DNA of 64,000 nucleotides, taken from the IMG/VR virus record IMGVR_UViG_3300024999_000042; one strand, written 5' to 3'. The position numbers and the translations under genes are program-made. This stretch comes from a virus. Positions 40,292 through 51,238 of the stretch are shown here, in pieces. The first letter of the stretch is position 1, and each line of letters begins with the position of its first letter. Under the pieces are notes generated by a model. The model searched no databases, was not told where the DNA came from, and saw only the letters and a program-made list of their open reading frames with translations.

Positions 40292-41578
40292 TTAGAATAA
40301 ACTACAGCCATCTGTCTTAAAATCTTTTATATATGTATTCCATTGTTCTACACTGAGTTTTAAGAATTTTCTTAAACATTTTTTGCATAAATATTGTTCT
40401 ACATCTCTTCCTAAAAATTTCATATTCATTGCGATAACATCATTCTTAGTAATTTTATTTCCACAAGTACAAACTTTATTGAAATATTTTGTAGCAATAT
40501 CTATTTCAATTCCTTTATGTTCCGCACATTCTTGTATAACCTCTTCATTTGGCTTTGGCCTAATAGCTCCACCATTCCAACAAAGAGGATATTCTTTTAC
40601 TGTACAATTCATAGCACACCATAATTGTCTTTCAATAAAATCTTCTTTTAGAAATTTTTGAAATCTTTCATACATCACTGGATAAAAATATTTATCTAAT
40701 ACCCATGTTGATTTTGTATAGTACGGACAAACTAAATGACAACCTACCCTAGAATATCCTTTTTTATATTTAGGATTGAATACTATATTGTTTTTTAGTG
40801 TATATAACCAAACATCTTCTTCTGTCCATTTTCTAATTGGAAGAATTCCCATCCATTCTCTCTCACCCCATCTATCATCAAATTTTTCATCTTGATAACC
40901 AGAACGAGTAGAACTTTCTTCATTTCTCATACCATAAAAGAATAAATATTTTTTATTATCATCTAAATATTCTTTTGTAGCTCCCTCTTTGTATAAAGAG
41001 CAACACCAACGATGATGGCGTGTTGGTATCCCTACTGTTTTAATTTTTTGATAAAATCCTTCTTTTGGACTTATAGTTATACAATCTGGAATAGTTTTAA
41101 TCATTTTATATGTATCGGAGCAATCCATAGAAGTATTATTAAACATAATTATAGATTTAATATCTAATTTAGAATTAGTTTGTAATGTTTTATTAACTAA
41201 ATATCTTGTCAATTCACTATCTTTGCCACTAGAAGTAAATATAATTGGCGTATATTCTTTATACTTTTCAATACTACTTTTAATCAAATTGATACTTTCA
41301 TTCTCTAATTCCTCCAATCTTCCTTTATTTCTCTCTATTGTTTCCTCCCAAGATTCAATCTCATAAGCTTCTTTCTTATAATCACTAGCAGTAATATTTA
41401 ATTCATCATCAATATGAATTCTTAAAACCTTATGAATTCTACCTTCAACATCATAACATTTAATAATTGATCTATCTAACCAATAATATCCCTCAACTAA
41501 ATTATACTTCTCAATATCTACACCTTTATCTTTTAGAAATCCCAAATAATCTTTAAATACTAAATTCAATACATACAC
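40292..41578 (-). CDS. PAPS reductase (CysH/DndC-like PP-loop) family protein with C-terminal Cys domain
   Basis: SSGKDS PP-loop, RWCC..YKE, GMR.EES..R, PIRKW...DVW, GYSRVGC..CPY; C-terminal CTC...CKKC...GCSLF. Confidence 0.88.
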   Translation of the reverse strand: MYVLNLVFKDYLGFLKDKGVDIEKYNLVEGYYWLDRSIIKCYDVEGRIHKVLRIHIDDELNITASDYKKEAYEIESWEETIERNKGRLEELENESINLIKSSIEKYKEYTPIIFTSSGKDSELTRYLVNKTLQTNSKLDIKSIIMFNNTSMDCSDTYKMIKTIPDCITISPKEGFYQKIKTVGIPTRHHRWCCSLYKEGATKEYLDDNKKYLFFYGMRNEESSTRSGYQDEKFDDRWGEREWMGILPIRKWTEEDVWLYTLKNNIVFNPKYKKGYSRVGCHLVCPYYTKSTWVLDKYFYPVMYERFQKFLKEDFIERQLWCAMNCTVKEYPLCWNGGAIRPKPNEEVIQECAEHKGIEIDIATKYFNKVCTCGNKITKNDVIAMNMKFLGRDVEQYLCKKCLRKFLKLSVEQWNTYIKDFKTDGCSLF

Positions 41579-41607
41579 CTTATTTATTTACATTAAGCAA
41601 ATAATAA

Positions 41608-41772
41608 GGAAAACATAACTAATTACCCAAACTGTGGCTTTTACATGTACTGCATACGCAAATACACCACAATGCAAATGGTATATGTTTTTATGTTTCT
41701 CACACGACTTTATACGGCATCCTTACGCATCGGATTTGTAAGATTATTGATTGCTCTGTTCTCAATGCCGAT
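41608..41772 (-). ncRNA. candidate structured cis-regulatory RNA upstream of the PAPS reductase gene
   Basis: Stems CGGCAT/ATGCCG, TTGA/TCAA, TCTTAC/GTAAGG, GAAACATAA/TTATGTTTT, ATATACCA/TGGTGTAT. Confidence 0.45.
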
Positions 41773-42078
41773 TCAACAACCAGTTATATCTGGATCGTAT
41801 GTAATGAATTTATTCTGTTCAATTTCTAATAATTTAAATATCCAATAATATTTATCATTACGATATTCTATTGAATTTATTTTATTAGGATTGTGTCTAT
41901 TATTTTTGATTTCTTGTGTGAATGCATCTGTGATGGTTATTCCTTGATTTAAATTATGAATGACATTTTTGCAATTGTTGTTATTAAATTTTGCTATATT
42001 TTGTTTTACTATTATGATTCTCACCTCCTTTCTTATTAATAATTTTGTACAGATTTGTACCTGTGAATATTGTATCAC
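41773..42078 (-). CDS. hypothetical protein (true start probably near 42015-42018)
   Basis: AAGGAGGTG RBS at ~42022-42030 followed by ATC/ATA; the promoter overlaps the track start. Confidence 0.4.
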   Translation of the reverse strand: MIQYSQVQICTKLLIRKEVRIIIVKQNIAKFNNNNCKNVIHNLNQGITITDAFTQEIKNNRHNPNKINSIEYRNDKYYWIFKLLEIEQNKFITYDPDITGC

Positions 42079-42097
42079 TTTGTATTAATATTGTCAA
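42069..42097 (-). promoter_or_regulatory. sigma-A type promoter heading the left arm
   Basis: TTGACA-17-TACAAT with TG. Confidence 0.65.
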
Positions 42098-42119
42098 ATA
42101 TTTTATTTTAGTATTTATA

Positions 42120-44290
42120 AAATTAATTATTCAAATGCTATTAAAATATTTTCATCAATTTTTAGATGGTCGTATATATGATATAATTGCATCGTCTTGA
42201 GTTGTAAAGTGTACGCCCCATATAGTAGAAGGGATTATTAGAGTGTGATATAATTGGTTAGTATCAAGGGTTTAGATGGTGTTTATAGGATTAGATATTT
42301 TGATTTTTTGGATGTATAATTATGAATTATTATTTGATGTTTTTGTTCGATAGGATTGAGATTAATTTATGATTTGAATTTTAAATTGGATGGAAATTTA
42401 TAGATCATAGGATGAATTAATAAAGGTTGAATATGTTAAAGAAACTGTATGAGAGTAGGATTTGTAGGTTATTTTGTATGATTGATTTATTGGATATTTA
42501 GTGAGATTATTATATTGATTTATGAGATTTTATTGTTTAATTTGTAAAATTGTTTGACTTTTGATAAGTTTTGTGAATTGGAAAATGAATTTATTTGGCT
42601 GAAAAATGTTGTGTTGATTATGTTTTTGCGATGTGAGAACGAAGGGGGAAATTGGGGAGTAGATTGTGGTGAGATGAGATTTATTTTGTGAGATTGAAAA
42701 TTATTTTAATTTTGTGTAATTTTAGTATTGACAATTTTGTTAAAGTGTGATTTATATTTATTTTATGAAATGGCTGTAATCGGCTCGTAGTTTGGGTTTT
42801 GTAACGAAGTAGATGTACTGTGTCGAATACTGTCGAATAAAAGGAGATAATGTTTGTAATCATAGCCGGGGTATATGCCAACTTTGGCATGGAAATTGAA
42901 AGTGAATACAGAAGCAGGTTTTTGCTATAGGCTAATACTATGACAAACTGAAAACAGTATGGGCCGATTATCTGCCGAACCCTACAAACCGCATTATACA
43001 AGGGTTCTTGCTCAAATCTGAATGTGACACAATGTACTTGTGTAACATTCGGTAAGAATAGATGGTACAATTGTATGGGTCGGATGAATTGAAGAGCTTA
43101 AAAGGGCTATTTTGTGGCAGAAACGAGAAGTGGATGAAGGAGCATAATTGTCCTGGACTTGATACCTGCTAATGATAGCAGAACACAAGATCATTGGGCA
43201 TTAATTGCATACGTATATGAGTATATACGTTTATACGTACAAAATATCGTTTTGCATAACATAGGCGAAGTTGTTGAAGTATTAATACTTTGAATATCAA
43301 ACTATATTATAATCAAACTAATATCACATAACCTCAAAATACAATCATACTACTATATAATACAGTCACTTGACTACATCACACGTTCATTATAATCATA
43401 AACACATTATCCTATGATAATAATCATATCACATGATCAATGTGATCACATCCAAATAAACATAACCATTAAGTTATAGTAAATATAATGCATTACTAAT
43501 ATTATCTAATATTACCTACTAATAACTATAATCTTATGCAACACCAACCATATTTACCTATGACGATATATAAACAAATCATTATATCACTAATCACTTA
43601 TACCATACATAATGAATACATTATAATGCTAATCCATACAATCCCTATCAACTTACTATACTATAAACACTTTACCGAACTAAAGGATTCGCAAATCATA
43701 CACAATTATAAATATCCATCATCCTGCATAAATACTCACATAGCATATACCTATGCCATCATACACTAATCCATATACCTATATCAATACCAACTAAACC
43801 AACCAAAATACTATACATTAACCAAATCTTAACTCCAATAAACCATAATAACTCTAATCAATTACCATGCCAAACAACCCAAAACTACCATACCCTGGTT
43901 GGGTACTAAATCAAAATTTCCACACAAACCCTAAAATAAAGTTTTATAGAGTAACCTATACCTCAAATCCTCAAAACGCTTACAATGCCCTTTACGTGCC
44001 TCTAATACCTATTACATTATTTATTGATTCAACCCCAAATCTCTATCATTTTTAACATTGGCATACAATTTGCTAGTATAATACAGTAACAAATAATTAA
44101 TACTATTATAATACAGATTGACATTATCAATCATGTCCAATCATAATCTATCATATCCAAAACAATATCACACTATCAGTATAAACAAATAATAAAATAT
44201 CATAAATCCTTAAATAAAATAAAGGTATATCACTAACCAATCACGAATATACTACATAGTAGTATAAAAACAATTTAAATCAAAAGGAGA
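42120..44290. other. divergent non-coding junction with mirror-image G+T / C+A skew and a central palindrome
   Basis: Plus strand is G/T-rich to ~43150 and C/A-rich from ~43290; ACGTATAT-gagt-ATATACGT at 43211-43230. Confidence 0.75.
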
Positions 44291-44300
44291 GTGCTAAAAC

Positions 44301-44645
44301 ATGTTGAATACTTTAAAATCCTACTCAGTATATGGTATCCGTGTTAACGCTGATGATGAGTCCTACAACATTGGAGATACATGTCGCTATAGTTATGAGT
44401 GGGATTATGAAAATGATTGTAGCACCTACAATACAGATACACCTATTAAACTGCCTGGAACATGCTCCTTACACTTAGTAATATATGAAGACACAACTAA
44501 CACTGAGTTAATAAATAAAATTAATGAAATCAAAAATAAATATGCAGGAGAACAAATAGTTATTATTGGTGGCTATGATTATGAATACGGATCTGATGAC
44601 AACGAAATAATCATAGAAGATGCTGAAGTATTACTTATAGCGTAA
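44301..44645 (+). CDS. hypothetical acidic phage protein
   Basis: 114 aa with AAGGAG RBS. Confidence 0.65.
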   Translation: MLNTLKSYSVYGIRVNADDESYNIGDTCRYSYEWDYENDCSTYNTDTPIKLPGTCSLHLVIYEDTTNTELINKINEIKNKYAGEQIVIIGGYDYEYGSDDNEIIIEDAEVLLIA

Positions 44646-44759
44646 ATAAATATACTATGTTAGGTGTACATTAACACTGTTTGCTATTGTATACCGATAG
44701 ATAGTATAATTAATGCTATCATATTAAAAAGCGGAGATCCCGCAAAAGGAGTTTTTAAA

Positions 44760-45476
44760 ATGACTAACACAGAAATGATCAAAAAATTTGAACTCAAGGT
44801 TATAACACAGAACGAAAAAGAAGGTCTTAAGGTTGGTTTTGGAAAACCTACTACTTCAGAAATCGAGTTTATTAAAGCTAACAAAACGGAGATTATTTTC
44901 GAAATCAAACTCCAAAATGAAAAAGAACTTCTGGAAAAACTCAACAAAGATATCCCATATACTCTAAATGATTCGACATCATACGGAATTTATAATGGTA
45001 TTTCCGAATTCGAAATTGGGGAAATAATAACAGATATCAAATCAAAACTTGGTTTTAAGAAATACTTAGAGCACTCCAAAATTGCAAAAACCTTAACCAA
45101 AGACCCTGAAATCGAACAAATAGCCATTAATAATTATCAACCGGATTCTGAAAGTAAAAATTGGAACGATGAATATCGTACTTGGTTTAGGTCGGCAGTT
45201 GAGAAAAAGACTGCTCCCGGTAAAGGATTTATTTCTAATCAAATTATTAGAGAAAAAATAACAAATATCGTTTTAGGTATTATGGACAAAGAACAGGGAA
45301 AAGAAAATGCAGAATTACAAATCTTTGCTAAAGCAAAACAAACAGGAGTAAAGCAAGTCTTAAAATCATACATGACAGAATGTAATGATCCTAATGAAGA
45401 ATGTAGTCAAGATCATGTAGTAATTTATGCTATGCCGAACGGCACAAAAAAGACTGAACGGATGCATACTTGGTAA
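44760..45476 (+). CDS. hypothetical protein
   Basis: AAGGAG RBS precedes the ATG at 44760 (MTNTEM), inside track ORF 44664-45476. Confidence 0.65.
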   Translation: MTNTEMIKKFELKVITQNEKEGLKVGFGKPTTSEIEFIKANKTEIIFEIKLQNEKELLEKLNKDIPYTLNDSTSYGIYNGISEFEIGEIITDIKSKLGFKKYLEHSKIAKTLTKDPEIEQIAINNYQPDSESKNWNDEYRTWFRSAVEKKTAPGKGFISNQIIREKITNIVLGIMDKEQGKENAELQIFAKAKQTGVKQVLKSYMTECNDPNEECSQDHVVIYAMPNGTKKTERMHTW

Positions 45477-45875
45477 ACTTATTAATATTCCATAATGGGA
45501 TAATAATTGGAAATCTCATCAGGTAGTTTAGGACTTGTTGATTATAAGTCCTTTTCTTTTTGTCATTTTTAGCATAACAGAATTAGTATAACAGATCATG
45601 GTATATGGTTGTAGAATCAAACTATATTCCATTTTTACTACTCTATTTTTATCCCTGTTACAATCTTACCATTAACACTATTAAACCTCTTATATCGCGT
45701 CCTATGTCCTCTCATAGCATTTTATTAACCTTCTATTCTCTGTACTATTTTTATCCTATATAATAGGAAACAATAATCCTAACAAACCTCTAAATACCTC
45801 TAAACCCACTAGACATAACCCTCTATAAATGTTAAAATAAATAAACAAATTGAATTAATAAAGGAGTGTTTACTA

Positions 45876-46529
45876 ATGATGATTCAAGAATTTATCTCCC
45901 TCACAAACCTTTCTGTATCCTATGATGAATACACTAACACCATTGAACCTAAATACATGACTAGCACATTAGATAAGCAAGATTTTTGCAAACGATACAT
46001 AAACATAAACACAACTAATATAAAGCCTCTTGCAAAAGAACTCAAAGAAATTAAAGAAGCTATCAAGGATTTCAAAGGCAATCGTAGTTTTGCCAAAAGA
46101 GAAGAAAAGAAAATCCTTGAAAACCACAAAGAAAAACTAAAAGAATATAACTCCCAAAATTGGGTAGACAGAAACTTTATCAAGACTCTAGAATATAACC
46201 TGAATGTAAGCATCTATAAACTCTACGAAATGTATGGTAATGACGCAACTATCCAAATTATCTACAATGATGGCACTGAATGCAACGTAACAGGAACAGA
46301 AATTGTTACAGGGGAAATAACTCCTAAATTACAGCAAATTGCATATGCAAGTTATCAAGACGGATACATCATATACGATACCTTATCAGGTAACTTAGAT
46401 ACTAAATGGGATATAGAAATAGAAGGAGAAAAAGAAACTGACTGGGACGCAAGGGAAGAATACTTTGATCAAGTAGAAATCAAGTTCGGCACTAAATGGG
46501 GAATCAAACATAATAATACGCCAATTTAA
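45876..46529 (+). CDS. hypothetical protein
   Basis: 217 aa with RBS, followed by a terminator. Confidence 0.65.
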   Translation: MMIQEFISLTNLSVSYDEYTNTIEPKYMTSTLDKQDFCKRYININTTNIKPLAKELKEIKEAIKDFKGNRSFAKREEKKILENHKEKLKEYNSQNWVDRNFIKTLEYNLNVSIYKLYEMYGNDATIQIIYNDGTECNVTGTEIVTGEITPKLQQIAYASYQDGYIIYDTLSGNLDTKWDIEIEGEKETDWDAREEYFDQVEIKFGTKWGIKHNNTPI

Positions 46530-46742
46530 AGCAGATTAAAACCTGCTTTTTCTTTTTGCCTACAATCTATCCATTCTTACTATTAAACCTCTTAAACCCC
46601 TATTCTAAAGCCTTACACAGAAGCAATAAATTTTACAAATCCATAACTATAAAAATAAATATTATCACAAATGGTTTTCTCTATTGTTTCTGTGATATAC
46701 TATAGGAAATCCACTAATTAAATTTAAAGGAGTGCGGAAAAA

Positions 46743-47024
46743 ATGAGTAAAAACCAATGGTATGTACATACTGAGGGTTCAATTGGTTATGTTCGCCACA
46801 ATCTAATCCAATATACACCAACTAAACAAGATGCTGAAAAACTACTAAAACAAGTAAAGAAAATTGATAAACTATGTTATGTTGACTTTGTTTGGAAATC
46901 AGATTTGCATCTTCCATTTTCTAAACTTCACGGAAAAACACCTATAAAAGTTGAAAGCATAATGGATGTATTAATTCCACTAATTGAAAATGATTTAAGA
47001 TCATGGAATAAAGCATTAGTTTAG
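46743..47024 (+). CDS. hypothetical protein
   Basis: 93 aa with RBS and terminator. Confidence 0.6.
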   Translation: MSKNQWYVHTEGSIGYVRHNLIQYTPTKQDAEKLLKQVKKIDKLCYVDFVWKSDLHLPFSKLHGKTPIKVESIMDVLIPLIENDLRSWNKALV

Positions 47025-47054
47025 AGTAGTAAAAAATACTACTCTTTTTTCTTT
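47023..47054 (+). terminator. intrinsic terminator
   Basis: AGAGTAGTA-aaaaa-TACTACTCT followed by a T-tract. Confidence 0.8.
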
Positions 47055-47276
47055 GCCTATGTTTTGTCTATACTCCTTCCATATCCCTCTATAATCCTTT
47101 CAGACCTTCCACAATGCCATATAAGCCCTCAGATATCAAATCTAATACAAATACACCACTAAAGCAGTAATAAGGCCACAAACAATGTAAAATAATTATT
47201 TATGTTTTTGCTATTGTAATTGCGCTATATTTTTAGTACAATACATATATAAAATAAATTATTGGAGGTTTTAAAT

Positions 47277-47525
47277 ATGTCGCTATCTTATAAAATTAAA
47301 TCTCTTCCAGAAGCTGAAAAAACCATTTTTATGTCTATGCTAAATAAATGCCTAAAAATTCGTTCCCTATGGTGCAAATCATTACTCGACAAAACGAAAA
47401 CTAATAGCCAGTGTGAGTTTGCACAAAGCAAATTTATCCAAGCAGAAAAAGCACTAAAGGAAAAATTTAATTATCTACACCTAGACAATTTTGATTTAGA
47501 AACCATAAAATATTGCAGTATCTAA
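47277..47525 (+). CDS. hypothetical protein
   Basis: GGAGG RBS before MSLSY. Confidence 0.6.
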   Translation: MSLSYKIKSLPEAEKTIFMSMLNKCLKIRSLWCKSLLDKTKTNSQCEFAQSKFIQAEKALKEKFNYLHLDNFDLETIKYCSI

Positions 47526-47586
47526 AAGGAGTAGAAATACTTCTTTCTTTTTTCTAAAATAAACAATAAAGGAGCACGGATCACAT

Positions 47587-47769
47587 ATGGCAAGTGAACA
47601 AACTTTAAAAGCAATCCAGTCCTTTTATGTTGACGGATATCTAGCAGTAGACTTTAAATTATTTGGTGTACCTCAGACCACAGAAGAAGCGGAAATCTGG
47701 ATGTCCAAATATCAAAGAATCAGAAATCAAATATTTGAGTACAATCAAACTGAGGAATCTAAAATATAG
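47587..47769 (+). CDS. hypothetical protein
   Basis: 60 aa with RBS and terminator. Confidence 0.55.
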   Translation: MASEQTLKAIQSFYVDGYLAVDFKLFGVPQTTEEAEIWMSKYQRIRNQIFEYNQTEESKI

Positions 47770-47872
47770 ATTCCTTTTTCTTTTTCCTAAATGTTAAAAT
47801 AATATTAGACATTGAGTCAGATAAATGATATTATAGGTTATCAGATTAATTACATAAGGAGTTGAGCCACAA

Positions 47873-48226
47873 ATGGAATTTATAAAGGTAAAAGACATTA
47901 CTAAATTAGTTCATGAAGTGCAGGAAATCGGTTACATACAAACTGAACGCAATAAAGAAGGAAAGGCAACAGGTTATAAAATTCGATTCTACGCTAAAAT
48001 TTGGGGTTATGATTACGGAGATTATACAAAGACGTATAAAAATGCTTTGAAAATTGCTGAAAGGAATTACACGCAAATGCTAGAGGGGATCGGCAAAAAT
48101 AAATTTTACAATCAAGAATTAGATATGTGGTTTCCGAATAAAGAAAAATGTGATAAATATAATGATGGAAATATAGTAGCAGAAGAGAGAAGAAAGGAAG
48201 TATTAAAAAGGACTGAAGGAGCTTGA
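47873..48226 (+). CDS. hypothetical protein
   Basis: 117 aa with RBS and terminator. Confidence 0.6.
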   Translation: MEFIKVKDITKLVHEVQEIGYIQTERNKEGKATGYKIRFYAKIWGYDYGDYTKTYKNALKIAERNYTQMLEGIGKNKFYNQELDMWFPNKEKCDKYNDGNIVAEERRKEVLKRTEGA

Positions 48227-48471
48227 AAGAGCTTCTTTTCTTTTTGCTATACATTATACCATTTACTAATCTAAAAGCCTTAAATAACCCTTTCTGGCCT
48301 TATCAATGCTATCCGGATAATCTTGCTATACTCACATTCTTAATTCAATATTTTACTTTCAAACTCTTGTTTTATCTTATTTGATTATATAAAGTGTAAA
48401 ATAATTTTATTTAATATGGTTTTTTGTATTGTTTTTATGGTATAATAAATTAGAAAATTAAATATAAGGAA

Positions 48472-48741
48472 GTGTTGAACATGCGAGAGAAAAATCAAGA
48501 CAAAGTTTACCATTGCGCAAAGATTAAAACTGCAATATCTCACGCCATTAAAGACGGAATTATAAATGTTGCTGAAGACTTTGGAAGTCAAGAAGAATTA
48601 AACGAATGCATACAAGTAGCAGAAGAGAAAGGGAACTACAGAGATTACTGGTGCGACAAAGAAAACAATACATACTTTAGGTTCCAAATCGAACAAAACG
48701 ATGATACAATCTATATAGATTTAGGGTATAGAATTAATTAG
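48472..48741 (+). CDS. hypothetical protein
   Basis: 89 aa with terminator. Confidence 0.55.
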   Translation: MLNMREKNQDKVYHCAKIKTAISHAIKDGIINVAEDFGSQEELNECIQVAEEKGNYRDYWCDKENNTYFRFQIEQNDDTIYIDLGYRIN

Positions 48742-49207
48742 AGAACTTTAAATAGTTCTCTTTTCTCAATTTATAAAAGGAGGTGAATAAAAAATGAATC
48801 CTGAACTATCCGAGGACACCAGAGCAACAACCATAATAATATCTAATAAATCCTATGATTTACACATAATAAATGACTTATATTACATTTGCACTCATGG
48901 GACACACCAGATCATAAAAATAATGACCGAAAAAGAATATAATGATATTAACATCTAGGACTGAATAAGTCCTTTTTGTTTGCTTTTCTCTGTCCACGTA
49001 GGAAATACATTTTTAATAAATGTCCTTATACGGTGTACCAACCCCCAAAACTTTGTACGCTTGTGAAAATATATAATCCTTTTCCACCAAATGCCCATTT
49101 TAATGGAATACTGGGACCAAGAAACGCAATAAAACAAGATATAATTATTGTGTTTATATCATTTCTGTGATATTATTAGTTAACATATTTAAGGAGGTTT
49201 TCACCCC

Positions 49208-49744
49208 ATGAAGGTTTTAAAACTTGAATCGCTCCAAACTGAATTTGCAGGGACAATCACAAAAAATGGAGCCAAGTATGACGTTACATATCCTAATAGT
49301 ACTAAAGTATTTTCCTTTAAATGCAATCTCAAAGCATTAGCGGAAAGATTACATATTCAAATTGCCGATGTCGATCTAGCAGATAAAAATGTCTATACCG
49401 AAAAGTATGATAAAGTGGAAATTGCAAGACAAAATAATGAAATGGCTTGGAATTTAGTAATCAGTAACAGGGATAAAATTCCACAATTGATTAAAGAGCT
49501 TGCAGTATTCGCGCAAACTCAAGACAAAGATACGGTTTTAAAAAATAGCTCATCTATATTGTTTGCGGATATAAACATAAAAAAGCAAACTATCGAATTT
49601 ATTACTTTTGTTTCTATCGGTCACGAAGAACTAAAGAAAAAAGCGAATCATTATTACTGGGAAGTTTGCACCTTGTCAAATGGTAGGGTTGCAGGGAATT
49701 TAGACAATTTAATAAATAGAGTATTAAGGGAATTTGGAGCCTGA
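49208..49744 (+). CDS. hypothetical protein
   Basis: 178 aa, AAGGAGG RBS, terminator. Confidence 0.65.
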   Translation: MKVLKLESLQTEFAGTITKNGAKYDVTYPNSTKVFSFKCNLKALAERLHIQIADVDLADKNVYTEKYDKVEIARQNNEMAWNLVISNRDKIPQLIKELAVFAQTQDKDTVLKNSSSILFADINIKKQTIEFITFVSIGHEELKKKANHYYWEVCTLSNGRVAGNLDNLINRVLREFGA

Positions 49745-49992
49745 AAAGGCTCTTTTATTTTTGTTCCAAATACTAGGAAACCTATATTGTATAGGGTATC
49801 ATATATCCCTTAGAACGTCATAATTGGCACTCTAAGGGTTTTATATTGTTTCTGCTATTAATCCTACTAATAGCAAAACATAACCCTTTAAACCTCAGTA
49901 AACATAAAAATAATTTTATCAGACATGACTATTTTTATTAATTATGTGCTATAATATTAATATCAGATACATATTAAGAGGAGGTTTTTGAA

Positions 49993-51195
49993 ATGGCTGA
50001 ATTTAAAATTTATTCCATTCCTGAAATGAACTTTCCCGAACTCGAAACCAAACTTGCTAAACTTAACAAAAAGGCTGTAAAACTAAATTGCGAACCGATT
50101 GTGTTAACTTTAGTTGGTACAGTGGATCTTAAAATTTCCGTTCCTTGGTCAAATTATCCAGTCTTAGTAAGACATAATCAAATCACTATTTCCGGTGTAG
50201 CTCCAATTATTGCAGGATGGGAGTTAATCGCAAGTTGCGAAGGATTTGAAAATGGAACATTAATTAAGTCAATCCCTGAAAAGGAATATCCTGAAAAGTA
50301 TCGTCAAATGTTAGTTTGCGAACATTGCAACAGTGACCGCAACAGAAAATATACCTTTATTGTGCGGAACGTAGAAACTAATGAATACAAAATGGTAGGA
50401 AAATCATGTTTAAAAGACTTTTTGGGCCATGCAGATCCAAATTTTTACGCTCGGATGTTGGAATATCTTGCAGAGTTTGAAGAAAGGGAATACAGTGAAA
50501 TCCCTTTTGGATACAAGTCAAGGATTGAAACAGAAAACTATTTAACCTTTGTAGCAGCCTGTATCCGTGAAAATGGATGGTTATCCAGAACTAAAGCAAA
50601 GGAAGAAGAGGAAGGAGGAATATCAACCGCAGACTATGCAGAAATATCAATGGAGAATTTTGGAAAGATAGTCACGGATTACAGAGGAAATATTATAGAA
50701 TACCCAATCCCAACTGAACACGACAAAGAATTAGCAAAAAAATCTCTGCAATGGGCCAAGGAATTAACAGACTTGAAAAACGATTACCTTTACAATATCA
50801 ACCTTCTTGCTCATGAATCCTCAATAACTCACAAGGAATTAGGTTTTGTTGCTTCAATCGTTTCAAGTTTCACCAGACAAATGGAAAGGGAAATCATAAA
50901 CGAGCAGAAGGAAACGGCACAAAAACAAGAATTAATATCTCAGTATATCGGCAGTATCGGCGAAAAAATCCAAACAGAGCTAACCTATATCAATTCATTC
51001 AGTTTTGAAACACAATGGGGAGCAGGACACATACACAAATTCTTAGATACAGAAGGAAATGTTTTTATCTGGAAATCATCGAAATATATTGAAGTGGATC
51101 AAGGTCAATTAGTTAAAATCAAAGGCACAATAAAAGATCACAGCGAATACGCCGGAGCAAAGCAAACAATACTCACAAGATGTAAAATTGCTTGA
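49993..51195 (+). CDS. phage protein with Zn motif and C-terminal OB-fold-like domain
   Basis: CEHC..RNR..VGKSCLKDFLG; C-terminal YIG.IG...F.D.EGN.F.W...IKGT.K.H.EY...KQT.L.R. Confidence 0.65.
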   Translation: MAEFKIYSIPEMNFPELETKLAKLNKKAVKLNCEPIVLTLVGTVDLKISVPWSNYPVLVRHNQITISGVAPIIAGWELIASCEGFENGTLIKSIPEKEYPEKYRQMLVCEHCNSDRNRKYTFIVRNVETNEYKMVGKSCLKDFLGHADPNFYARMLEYLAEFEEREYSEIPFGYKSRIETENYLTFVAACIRENGWLSRTKAKEEEEGGISTADYAEISMENFGKIVTDYRGNIIEYPIPTEHDKELAKKSLQWAKELTDLKNDYLYNINLLAHESSITHKELGFVASIVSSFTRQMEREIINEQKETAQKQELISQYIGSIGEKIQTELTYINSFSFETQWGAGHIHKFLDTEGNVFIWKSSKYIEVDQGQLVKIKGTIKDHSEYAGAKQTILTRCKIA

Positions 51196-51204
51196 AAGGA
51201 TACT

Positions 51205-51238
51205 AAAGACTAGGCCACAAACCTAGTCTTTTCTTTTG
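51205..51238 (+). terminator. intrinsic terminator
   Basis: AAAGACTAGG-ccacaaa-CCTAGTCTTT plus T-tract. Confidence 0.8.

Larger units (their letters stand above)
77..41578 (-). mobile_element. SPbeta-like phage left arm: morphogenesis, transcription and replication genes
   Basis: Co-oriented gene order RNAP (YonO-like), PhoH, HU, YonK-like, phosphoesterase, terminase, portal, scaffold, capsid, head-tail resembles the SPbeta yonO-yom region. Confidence 0.85.

Noticed and set aside
41700-41780. Selenocysteine read-through at TGT-TGA ending ORF 41773-42078
   Set aside because: An in-frame TAA follows about 22 codons later, and the downstream fold is not a recognisable bacterial SECIS.
2591-41848. 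Plus-strand ORFs antisense to left-arm genes (e.g. 3605, 8028, 20639, 37080, 40383)
   Set aside because: Shadow frames of well-supported minus-strand genes.
42681-44055. Track ORFs inside the skewed junction (42681-43070, 43012-43194, 43536-43769, 43867-44055)
   Set aside because: No RBS, and the composition simply reflects nucleotide skew.
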